Of a stretch of DNA of 24,101 nt, positions 1-7,780 are shown piece by piece. Made by a program: the position numbers and the translations under genes. How positions within the stretch are numbered: the stretch's first letter is position 1; the number at the start of each line of letters is the position of its first letter. This stretch comes from Candidatus Undinarchaeota archaeon (GTDB lineage Archaea > SpSt-1190 > JASMDC01): NCBI GenBank assembly GCA_964519305.1, contig CAZFHY010000028.1, positions 1 through 24,101 on the forward strand. The letters run 5' to 3'. The notes under the pieces were generated by a model. The model worked only from the letters and a program-made list of their open reading frames with translations. It was not told the DNA's origin and searched no databases.

Positions 1-8
1 CTAGACGT

Positions 9-23
9 AATAAAAAACTAAAA
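9..23 (-). terminator. Possible archaeal oligo-T terminator after the permease
   Basis: Minus strand reads TTTTAGTTTTTTATT about 30 nt after the stop at 53, in an otherwise GC-rich window. Confidence 0.4.
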
Positions 24-52
24 GGGATTTGCTTACGAATGATCGTGGACGT

Positions 53-2071
53 CTAGCGTTTCTTGCCGTCCTTGCGCATGTCACGAAGTTCCTTGTGGAG
101 CATGTCGATGGCCTCGCGCAGGTCGCCGATCTCTGACTTGAGCTCCTTCTCCTCGGCCGAGATCAAACGCACCTCGCGATTGAGCTCCCGCTCCCCCTTG
201 ATGAGCTGTGCGGCCTCACGCTCCAGGATGATCTCCTCCTCAGCGATGCGCTCGACATCGTGCTTGAGCGATTGCTCGACGACGAGGAGGTTCTTGAGCT
301 CGTTCACCGTCTCCTTGAGCTCGGAGATCTCATCATGGAGCATGTTCTCCTCGTCCTTGAGGAAGATGACCTCCTTCTCCAGTATCTTCTCTTCCTGGAC
401 GTACTGCTCCTCGATCTTCTCGAAGATCAGCTCGAGCTCCATGAAACGCTCCTTGATGCGCTTGAACTCCGTCAGTTCGAGCTCGTACACGAAGTAGAAC
501 AGCAGGAGCACCAGGGGGATGATGGCAGCGACCTCGACGATACCCACGATGACCTGGAGCCCCAAGCCCGAATCATTGGACGCGAACATGAACCCGATGG
601 CAAGGCCGATGCCCAGGATCGCACCCACTCCGAGCACGAGGAAGAGCCAGAACGAGGTGCTACCGTCTCCGAACCCGGAGCTCCGTTCCTCTTGAGGTCG
701 CTCCTTCGGCGTATCTCTCTTTGCCACAGTCGCTGGCGTCGCAGCACTCTCGTCTCGCATGTCTTCTTCCTTGTCCTCACCAGAGATATAAAGGTACCCT
801 CGGCGGCCCACGTAGAGGGCGACGCCCGAGAGGATGACACCTCCGGCCATCACCAGCTCGGAGACGTGCACCATGGTCAGCGCGCCCAAGGCGATGGCGG
901 CCAACATGACCGAGAGCACTATCGGGACGGCCGGACGGTAGCCCGGAATACGTCCGAACCGTCGGACTATGACGGGGTGGGCTGCGGTCACCGATAGGTA
1001 GAGGATGAGCGCCAGGGGAACAAGAAGGTGGAGCAACGCCTCGTACTTCCCCCAGGCAAGGAACACCGAGGAGATGATGAACTGGAGGTAGATGGCCACG
1101 TAGGGGACGTCCGCGTCGTTCAGCTCGGCGAGCAGGGAGGGGAAGTACCCGCGGCGGGCTAGGGAATACGGCAGTCGAGAGGATGAGAGCACCCAGGAGT
1201 TGGCGGTGCCCACCATGATGAGGAACGCCGAGAACGCCATGAAGGTGGAGCCGATGCCCCCCGCGGAGGGTCCAAGCACCTGCTGCGCCATGAGCGAGAG
1301 GGGTGCATTGCTTTCACCCAGCTCCGCCGAGGGGACGACGCCGAGGGCGGTGAACGACACGAGGAAGTAGACGATGGTGACGCCCATGGTGGTGATGATG
1401 ATGGCCTTGGGAATCAGCGACGGGTCGGACGCCTCCTCGCTCAGGAAGGTCACCGTCTCCCACCCGATGAACGGCTCGAGGATGATGAGGATGGTGGCGA
1501 TGATGGTGGCGGAAGTGAGGTCGGGAATGACCACGAGGTTGGTGACCTCCACCTGTGTGGCCCCGACCGCCGCGAGCCCCGTGAGCACTAGGAGCGCGAA
1601 CCCGGACAGGAACTTCTGGAGCAGCGCACCCGAGCGGACACCGGCAATGTTCACCTTCACGAGCACGGCGAGCAGGACGATGTTGAACACGACCTTGGAC
1701 AGGTCGTTGAACGGGAGCACGAAGCTGAGGTAGTCCGTGGCCGCTGATATAAGCATGGAGATGGTAATCCACGAGATGGTGCACGAGAGCCAGGCGATCA
1801 CGAACCCGGGGAGGTTTCCGAAGGCGTTCCGCACGTAGACATAGGAGCCCCCCGCCTCTTGGAAGAACGCAGACAGTTCGGCGATCACGAGGGACATGAT
1901 GATGGCACCGACACCGACGAGTATCCAGATGAAGATCGAGGCCGGACCCGCGAGGCCGGCAGCGATGCCCGGTATCATGAAGATACCGGAGCCGATGATG
2001 GCCCCCATGCCGAGGAACACGAGGTCGAGGAGCGATAGTTCCCGCTTCAGCTCACCCTCTTCTGTGCTCAC
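53..2071 (-). CDS. APC-superfamily amino acid permease with C-terminal extension (2 extra TM segments plus long coiled coil)
   Basis: N-terminal LKRELSLLDLVFLGMGAIIGSGIF, AELSAFFQEAGGSYVYVRNAFG, GWE..TFLSEEA.DP..IPKAI and SRLPYSLARRGYFP are APC hallmarks. About 12 TM segments are followed by a charged linker, 2 hydrophobic segments and an E/L-rich heptad tail. GTG start with TTTTATT about 24 nt upstream. Confidence 0.9.
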   Translation of the reverse strand: MSTEEGELKRELSLLDLVFLGMGAIIGSGIFMIPGIAAGLAGPASIFIWILVGVGAIIMSLVIAELSAFFQEAGGSYVYVRNAFGNLPGFVIAWLSCTISWITISMLISAATDYLSFVLPFNDLSKVVFNIVLLAVLVKVNIAGVRSGALLQKFLSGFALLVLTGLAAVGATQVEVTNLVVIPDLTSATIIATILIILEPFIGWETVTFLSEEASDPSLIPKAIIITTMGVTIVYFLVSFTALGVVPSAELGESNAPLSLMAQQVLGPSAGGIGSTFMAFSAFLIMVGTANSWVLSSSRLPYSLARRGYFPSLLAELNDADVPYVAIYLQFIISSVFLAWGKYEALLHLLVPLALILYLSVTAAHPVIVRRFGRIPGYRPAVPIVLSVMLAAIALGALTMVHVSELVMAGGVILSGVALYVGRRGYLYISGEDKEEDMRDESAATPATVAKRDTPKERPQEERSSGFGDGSTSFWLFLVLGVGAILGIGLAIGFMFASNDSGLGLQVIVGIVEVAAIIPLVLLLFYFVYELELTEFKRIKERFMELELIFEKIEEQYVQEEKILEKEVIFLKDEENMLHDEISELKETVNELKNLLVVEQSLKHDVERIAEEEIILEREAAQLIKGERELNREVRLISAEEKELKSEIGDLREAIDMLHKELRDMRKDGKKR
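786..792 (-). promoter_or_regulatory. Putative internal TATA box (TTTATAT) before the in-frame ATG at 760
   Basis: AT patch inside a GC-rich CDS, 26 nt upstream of an in-frame ATG. This is the same TATA-to-start spacing seen for other genes in the window. Confidence 0.45.
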
Positions 2072-2108
2072 GAGACCAGAGCATGAGCGAAAAGAATAAA
2101 ACGCTTCT

Positions 2109-2429
2109 TCACTCGGAGCGGCCGAGCTTCTTCTTGGTCTTCCTCTCGAACCGTTCGTTCTTGCGCGCCAGACGCGCCAGTTCCGGGTTGACGCCGTGGA
2201 AATAGTACTTGACCAGAAGGAGGACCACGATGAGGAAGGGCGAGAACACTGCCATGATGACCGTGGTGTACTCGCACTGCGAGCTCTGGTCCCGCCAGGA
2301 ACAGTAGAGTGAGCCCGCTGTCCCGGTGAACACGATCGGAAGGAACAGGTAGAGGAGGAAGAGCCAGACGATGACGATGTCCGTGGCTAGGACGACGACC
2401 TCTCGTGAGAGCCACGAGTCCTGGTCCAC
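2109..2429 (-). CDS. Small hypothetical membrane protein (2 TM, Cys pair in loop, basic C-tail)
   Basis: 106 aa. Two hydrophobic stretches flank SLYCSWRDQSSQCEY and the tail is K/R-rich. TTTTTAT lies about 25 nt upstream of the GTG start, and the ORF fills the gap cleanly. Confidence 0.7.
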   Translation of the reverse strand: MDQDSWLSREVVVLATDIVIVWLFLLYLFLPIVFTGTAGSLYCSWRDQSSQCEYTTVIMAVFSPFLIVVLLLVKYYFHGVNPELARLARKNERFERKTKKKLGRSE

Positions 2430-2500
2430 GGTCCTTGGAGATGCGGTGCATCCATAAAAATGCTTCGTCCCCCGACCGTGCGACAGTGACGCACAGATTC

Positions 2501-2533
2501 CAAACGTATAAATACAGCCTTACCTGCTGGAAT
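2501..2533 (+). promoter_or_regulatory. BRE/TATA promoter of carboxypeptidase copy 1
   Basis: CAAACGTATAAATA, then GCTGGAAT at offset +25. The same pair occurs at 3838. Confidence 0.65.
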
Positions 2534-2570
2534 CGGACATCGGGTATGAAGCCCGAGCGGGGTGTGCGAG

Positions 2571-3758
2571 ATGGATATACGGGACGGGGAGCTTGGAGCG
2601 TACCACACGTACGAGGAAGCGATGGAAGAGATCGAGCGGGCAGCCGCCGAACATCCTGACATCGCAAAGGTGGAGACCATCGGCTATTCCACTTACGGAA
2701 GGCCGATAAAGGCCATCAAGATATCCAAGGACGTGAACGTGGAGGACCCGGATAAGCCCGAAGTGCTGTACATGGGCCAGACCCATGCTCGCGAGGTCAT
2801 CTCAGCCGAGGCCAGCCTCGGTGTCGTCGATCGTCTTATCGACGGGTACGGGACCGACGACTACGTCACCGGTCTCGTCGACTCCCGCCAGATCTGGGTT
2901 GTGCCCGTGGTCAACCCGGATGGTTCCATGAAGGTCGCAGAGGACGTCACGGCAAGGGGTGACTCGAGCTGGCGCGGTAACTGCCGGGACAACAACGGCA
3001 ACGGGAAGGTCGATGACGGCGACGGTGTCGATCTCAACCGCAACTGGGGCCGCAACTGGGGCGGTCAGGGGTCCAGCGGTACTCCCGGTAGCCAGACGTA
3101 CCGCGGTCCGGCACCATTCAGCGAGCCCGAGACGGCCGCCCTCAAGAAGCTCGTCGAGGAGCACGACTTCGTCACCTCGGTATCATTCCACTCATACTCA
3201 GGGCTCATCCTCTACCCTCTGGGGTACACGAACACACCCGCCAAGGACGAGGACGTCCTGAGGTCGATCGCCGAGAACATGCGCGACCGTCAGCCTCACG
3301 AAAAGTACAAGGTCGAGAAGTCATCGGACCTCTACGTGGCGTCCGGCGACTCGGACGACTGGCTCTACGAGGACAAGGGCATCATGGCTTTCACGTTCGA
3401 GGTCTACAAGGGCGGTAACAACTGGTGGAACACCTTCAAGCAGTTCAACCCGCCAGAGGATCGCATCCAGTACCACGTGGACAACGTCGTCCCAGCGGCC
3501 CTCTATGCCGCAGAGATCGCTGACGATCCGTCACAGGCGCTCGTCGAGCGGGAGGAACGGGACGCCCAGGGGCCGCCGGCGCCCGAGGGTCCCCGTGACC
3601 CGGCCGACTACTGGCCCGAGGACGACAGCCCGTACTTTGGGGGCATCCCAGGTGGGGGCGGCTACATGGTGTCCGAGCTCGGCACGGGATACAATCCCAC
3701 CGACGATCCTAACGAGAACTACCGCTTCGCCGAATGCGAGCCCGCCTGTGAAGGATAA
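2571..3758 (+). CDS. M14 zinc carboxypeptidase (carboxypeptidase T-like), copy 1
   Basis: YHTYEE, HARE (Zn ligands), NPDG, DLNRNW, YRGPAPFSEPE, FHSYS, LYVASGDSDDW and catalytic FTFE. Start moved to ATG 2571 (SD-like GGGGTG, collinear with copies 2 and 3). Confidence 0.93.
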   Translation: MDIRDGELGAYHTYEEAMEEIERAAAEHPDIAKVETIGYSTYGRPIKAIKISKDVNVEDPDKPEVLYMGQTHAREVISAEASLGVVDRLIDGYGTDDYVTGLVDSRQIWVVPVVNPDGSMKVAEDVTARGDSSWRGNCRDNNGNGKVDDGDGVDLNRNWGRNWGGQGSSGTPGSQTYRGPAPFSEPETAALKKLVEEHDFVTSVSFHSYSGLILYPLGYTNTPAKDEDVLRSIAENMRDRQPHEKYKVEKSSDLYVASGDSDDWLYEDKGIMAFTFEVYKGGNNWWNTFKQFNPPEDRIQYHVDNVVPAALYAAEIADDPSQALVEREERDAQGPPAPEGPRDPADYWPEDDSPYFGGIPGGGGYMVSELGTGYNPTDDPNENYRFAECEPACEG

Positions 3759-3837
3759 TCCCTTCGAAGGATAACGGAATCCCACTTCTCAAGGCAGACC
3801 TCTGGCGATGGCCTTCCGTCCTCCGTTCACCGTCGTG

Positions 3838-3870
3838 CAAACGTATATAAGCCGGCTAAGGCGCTAGAAT
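3838..3870 (+). promoter_or_regulatory. BRE/TATA promoter of carboxypeptidase copy 2
   Basis: CAAACGTATATAAG, then GCTAGAAT at offset +25. Duplicate of the element at 2501. Confidence 0.65.
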
Positions 3871-3922
3871 TCTCACCGGGACAGGGGTCTATGGACCTCT
3901 CGACCGGAAGGGGTACATAGAG

Positions 3923-5008
3923 ATGGACATTCGGGACGGTAACCTCGGAGCGTATCATACGTACGAAGAGGCCATGGAGGAGATCGAGCGGGTAGCTGCA
4001 GAGCACCCGGACATAGCAAAGATCGAGACCATCGGTTTTTCGACCTACGGTCGACCGATCAAGGCCATCAAGATCTCCAAGGACGTGGACGTGGAGGACC
4101 CTGACAAGCCGGAAGTGCTGTACATGGGCCAGACCCACGCCCGCGAGGTCATCTCGGCCGAGGTGAGCCTGGGTGTCATCGACCGCCTTGTCGAAGGCTA
4201 CGGGACCGACGACTACGTCACCGGTCTGGTGGACTCCCGCCAGATCTGGGTCGTGCCCGTGGTCAACCCCGACGGTGCCGTGAAGGTGGCCGAAGAGGTC
4301 ACTGCTACGGGCGACTCGTCCTGGCGCGGTAACTGCCGTGACAACAACGGCAGCGGCACGGTCGACTCCGGTGATGGTGTGGACCTCAACCGCAACTTCG
4401 GGCGCGGATGGGGCGGCCCCGGATCCAGCGGCAGCCCCGGCAGCCAGACGTACCGAGGACCTGCACCCTTCAGTGAGCCGGAGACGGCGGCCATCAAGGA
4501 CCTCGTGGAGAAGCACGACTTCGTGACCAGCGTGTCGTTCCACTCGTACTCGGGACTCATCCTCTACCCCACTGCGTACACCAACGATCGTGCCCAGGAC
4601 CATGACCTGTTGAAGTCCATCGCTGAGAACATGCGGGACCGCCAGCCCCACGAGAAGTACGTGGCGCAGAAGTGCACCGACCTCTACGTGGCCTCGGGCA
4701 TCTCCGACGACTGGCTCTACGAGGACGAGGGCATCATGGCCTTCACATTCGAGATCTACAAGGGCGGCCAGTGGTGGAACACGTTCAAGCGGTTCAATCC
4801 GCCCGAGGAGGAGATCCAGTACCACGTGGACAACAACGTGGGAGCGGCCCTCTACGCCGCCGAGATCGCCAACGATCCGAGCCAGGCTCTTACCGAGCGT
4901 GCCGAGCGCGACGCCAAGGGCGGTGCCTTCGAGCGCTCACGGCCGGCGTACGACGAGTTCGCCGAGTACATCGGCCACGAGACAGAAGGTTACGACATCC
5001 CCGCCTAG
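3923..5008 (+). CDS. M14 zinc carboxypeptidase (carboxypeptidase T-like), copy 2
   Basis: Same HARE / DLNRNF / FHSYS / FTFE motifs, highly similar to copy 1 at protein and DNA level. Confidence 0.93.
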   Translation: MDIRDGNLGAYHTYEEAMEEIERVAAEHPDIAKIETIGFSTYGRPIKAIKISKDVDVEDPDKPEVLYMGQTHAREVISAEVSLGVIDRLVEGYGTDDYVTGLVDSRQIWVVPVVNPDGAVKVAEEVTATGDSSWRGNCRDNNGSGTVDSGDGVDLNRNFGRGWGGPGSSGSPGSQTYRGPAPFSEPETAAIKDLVEKHDFVTSVSFHSYSGLILYPTAYTNDRAQDHDLLKSIAENMRDRQPHEKYVAQKCTDLYVASGISDDWLYEDEGIMAFTFEIYKGGQWWNTFKRFNPPEEEIQYHVDNNVGAALYAAEIANDPSQALTERAERDAKGGAFERSRPAYDEFAEYIGHETEGYDIPA

Positions 5009-5026
5009 GTCAACGCCTCTGGCGTT

Positions 5027-5623
5027 TCACCTGTCCAATGGAGCGAGCAGCCGGTCGAGCGCTTCGGGAGCGCTCGCCCCGTGCAGCTGGTAGCTGTACT
5101 CGAAGCTCCTTCGGCCCAACCGGTCGTCCAGACGGATCACGAGCGCGTCCTCCGTCCGCTCGACATCGATAACGGCGTAGTTGGACGCATCATTGCTGTT
5201 CGGTGTGAAGAAGGAGTCCTTGGATATGTCGAGAGTGTGGGGCTCCACAGCTGTATGGAGACATGCCCCGCCGTTATCCAGGTAGATGTCCATCCCGGCG
5301 AACGAACCGTCGGGGGCATAGATACCGAACACACGGGCCTCGATACCGTCGCCCTCCACCTTGTGCTGTAGTGTCGAATAGCCCGTGTCGGAGCGGATGT
5401 CGTTACGGACCTCTTCCTTGATCCCGTCGGTCTCGGTGCACGTGGTCCGGACGATACCGTAGAAACTTGAACCCGGTGATGCGTGCCTCCCTTCCTCGTC
5501 GGTGTGCCGCTTGATGACCAGACGGTCATCCCCCGCTGAAAAGCTCACTTCGTCGAGGTCCGAGGCAGCGTGTTCGTCCAGGTACCCCTCGATCGTGAGG
5601 GACAGGTGGTCACCGTACTCCAT
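5027..5623 (-). CDS. Hypothetical acidic, beta-strand-rich protein
   Basis: Fills the gap between copies 2 and 3 with protein-like composition. Start moved from 5656 (overlaps TTTATAT at 5655-5661) to ATG 5623 (MEYGDHL...). Confidence 0.7.
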   Translation of the reverse strand: MEYGDHLSLTIEGYLDEHAASDLDEVSFSAGDDRLVIKRHTDEEGRHASPGSSFYGIVRTTCTETDGIKEEVRNDIRSDTGYSTLQHKVEGDGIEARVFGIYAPDGSFAGMDIYLDNGGACLHTAVEPHTLDISKDSFFTPNSNDASNYAVIDVERTEDALVIRLDDRLGRRSFEYSYQLHGASAPEALDRLLAPLDR

Positions 5624-5721
5624 TGTCGCCAGGACCCCCGCCGGGACGAGCGCCATATAAACTTTGTCTTTCGGGCTTCAATCCCCCTTATTTGATCGTC
5701 CGTGTTCCTATAATAAGAAAG

Positions 5722-5763
5722 TTAGGCAAATTTAATATATTAGGCAAAGATAACTTTTATATA
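5722..5763 (+). promoter_or_regulatory. Tandem 14-bp operator-like repeats TTAGGCAAAnnTAA plus TATA box upstream of copy 3
   Basis: TTAGGCAAATTTAA (5722-5735) and TTAGGCAAAGATAA (5740-5753), followed by TTTTATATA (5755-5763), in a very AT-rich intergenic region. Confidence 0.55.
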
Positions 5764-5818
5764 CTCCCTATAGGCGCCAATCCGTTCACCGGATTGGGAT
5801 CGGACGGAGTGTACTAAA

Positions 5819-6895
5819 GTGAGTGTCCGCGATGGTAGCATGGGTGCGTACCACACGTATCATGAGTCCATGGAGGAGCTCGAGCGCTACGCGGCCGAGC
5901 ATCCGGACATCGCCCGGGTGGAGACCATCGGCACCACATATCTCGGCAACCCTATCAAGGCCATCAAGGTCTCGAAGGACGTGGACGTGGAGGATCCGGA
6001 AAAGCCCGAGGTGCTCTACATGGGACAGATGCACGCGCGGGAGGTCATCTCCTGCGAGGCGGCGCTCGGTGTCGTGGAGCGGCTCATCGACGGGTACGGG
6101 ATTGACGAGTACGTCACCGACCTCGTCGACAGCCGGCAGGTCTGGGTGGTCCCCATCGTCAACCCGGACGGTGCGCTGAAGGTCCAGGACGACCTTACGA
6201 ACAAAGGGGATACCAAGTGGCGCAAGAACCTAAGGGAAAACACCGGTACAGGGAGGTTCAGTGAGAGTGACGGTGTCGATTTGAACCGTAACTTCCCAGT
6301 GGCCTGGGATGATCCGGAGAGTAGTTATAACTACCCGAGCGAAACCTACCATGGCCCTGCACCGTTCAGCGAGCCCGAGACGGCGGCCATCAGGGACCTG
6401 GTGGAGCAGCACGACTTCGTCACGGCCGTGTCGTTCCATTCCTACAAGGGCCTCATCATGTACCCGCCCGGCCACACCAGTGCACCGGTGAAGGACACGG
6501 AGGCCATGGACGCCATTGCTCACAACATGGTCGACCGTCAGCCCCACCATAAATACAAGGTCATGCAATCGTCGGACATCTACATCGCGCCGGGAACGGT
6601 CGAGGACTGGCTGTACGAGGAGAACGGCGTGCTCCCCTTCATCTTCGAGGTCTACAAGGGTGGCAGTAACTTCTTATACCCCTTCAAGCAGATCAATACG
6701 TTCACTACCTTCAATCCTCCCGAGAAGGATATCCAGTACCACGTGGACAACGTCGTCCCTGCGGCTCTGTACGCTGCCGAGATAGCCGACGATCCGCACC
6801 GGGCGGTCTCCGAGCGCGAGGGGAAGCCCATGGGACCCTCGGCCCTGGCCCGACTGGCGTACAGGCTCATGGGCGATGCTGACTACACGGGCTGA
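5819..6895 (+). CDS. M14 zinc carboxypeptidase (carboxypeptidase T-like), copy 3
   Basis: HARE, WRKN, DLNRNF, YHGPAPFSEPE, FHSYK, FIFE. GTG start with SD-like GGAG. More diverged than copies 1 and 2. Confidence 0.93.
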   Translation: MSVRDGSMGAYHTYHESMEELERYAAEHPDIARVETIGTTYLGNPIKAIKVSKDVDVEDPEKPEVLYMGQMHAREVISCEAALGVVERLIDGYGIDEYVTDLVDSRQVWVVPIVNPDGALKVQDDLTNKGDTKWRKNLRENTGTGRFSESDGVDLNRNFPVAWDDPESSYNYPSETYHGPAPFSEPETAAIRDLVEQHDFVTAVSFHSYKGLIMYPPGHTSAPVKDTEAMDAIAHNMVDRQPHHKYKVMQSSDIYIAPGTVEDWLYEENGVLPFIFEVYKGGSNFLYPFKQINTFTTFNPPEKDIQYHVDNVVPAALYAAEIADDPHRAVSEREGKPMGPSALARLAYRLMGDADYTG

Positions 6896-6920
6896 CCGGA
6901 CGCCCGAGCGCACCCCATGC

Positions 6921-6930
6921 TTTTTTAAAT
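6921..6930 (+). promoter_or_regulatory. TTTTTTAAAT: TATA box for pheA, possibly also oligo-T terminator of copy 3
   Basis: Only AT run in the 66-nt gap, about 32 nt before ATG 6962. Confidence 0.5.
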
Positions 6931-6961
6931 CCGAGCGGGGCACCTGTCCACGGGAGCTATC

Positions 6962-7780
6962 ATGAAGTCAGTTGCCTTCCAGGGCGAGCGTGGTGCGTTC
7001 AGCGAGGCGGCAGCTATCAAGTACTTCGGTAACGGGGTGAAGCCTGTGCCACTGTCGTCCTTCGAGGAGGTGTTCGCGGCGGTCCACGACGGGCAGTGCT
7101 CGTACGGGCTCGTCCCCATCGAGAACTCACTGGCCGGTTCGATCCATCGTAACTACGACCTTCTGGTCCGTAACGAGCTCCAGATCGTGGGCGAGGTCAA
7201 CCTCAGGATCGTACACTGCCTCATCGTCAATCCCGGGGTCGCCCTCAAGGACATCAAGCGTGTCTATTCCCATCCCCAGGCGCTGGCACAGTGCGAGGGG
7301 TCCATCGCCCAGCTAGGTGCTGAGCCGTTCCCGACCTATGACACCGCGGGCTCGGTCCGCTTCATCAAGGAGCAGGCCATCATGGACGGTGCCGCCATCG
7401 CCAGCCGACAGGCGGCCGTGGACTGGGAGATGGACGTGCTCAAGGAGGGTGTGGAGGACTGGGGAGAGAACCTCACCCGGTTCCTCGTGCTCGCGCTGAA
7501 GGAACAGGTGCCGAAGAGCGATGCCAAGACATCCATCGTGTTCGCCATGAAGGACGTGCCTGGCGCTCTTTTCAAGGCATTGTCGGTGTTCGCCCTGCGG
7601 GAGATCAACCTCACCAAGATCGAGTCACGCCCGCTACGGGGTCAGCCGTGGCAGTACCTTTTCTACCTGGACTTCGAGGGGACGATGGCAGAAGAACGCT
7701 GCCAGCGCGCCATCGGACATCTGGGCGAGATCACGAGCTACTTCCGGATGCTGGGATCATACTCAGCGGCGAAGGAATGA
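6962..7780 (+). CDS. pheA: Prephenate dehydratase with C-terminal ACT domain
   Basis: VAFQGERGAFSE, VPIENSLAGS, VYSHPQALAQC, NLTRF, PGAL, NLTKIESRP, YLFYLD. Confidence 0.95.
   Translation: MKSVAFQGERGAFSEAAAIKYFGNGVKPVPLSSFEEVFAAVHDGQCSYGLVPIENSLAGSIHRNYDLLVRNELQIVGEVNLRIVHCLIVNPGVALKDIKRVYSHPQALAQCEGSIAQLGAEPFPTYDTAGSVRFIKEQAIMDGAAIASRQAAVDWEMDVLKEGVEDWGENLTRFLVLALKEQVPKSDAKTSIVFAMKDVPGALFKALSVFALREINLTKIESRPLRGQPWQYLFYLDFEGTMAEERCQRAIGHLGEITSYFRMLGSYSAAKE

Noticed and set aside
3827-4825. 332-aa minus-strand ORF and similar ORFs opposite the peptidases
   Set aside because: Mirror-frame ORFs caused by codon bias; their mutual similarity only reflects the paralogy.
2571-6895. Diversity-generating retroelement or mobile-element origin of the peptidase repeats
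   Set aside because: No reverse transcriptase, transposase or terminal repeats. Differences are spread along the genes rather than adenine-specific, and all copies are intact.
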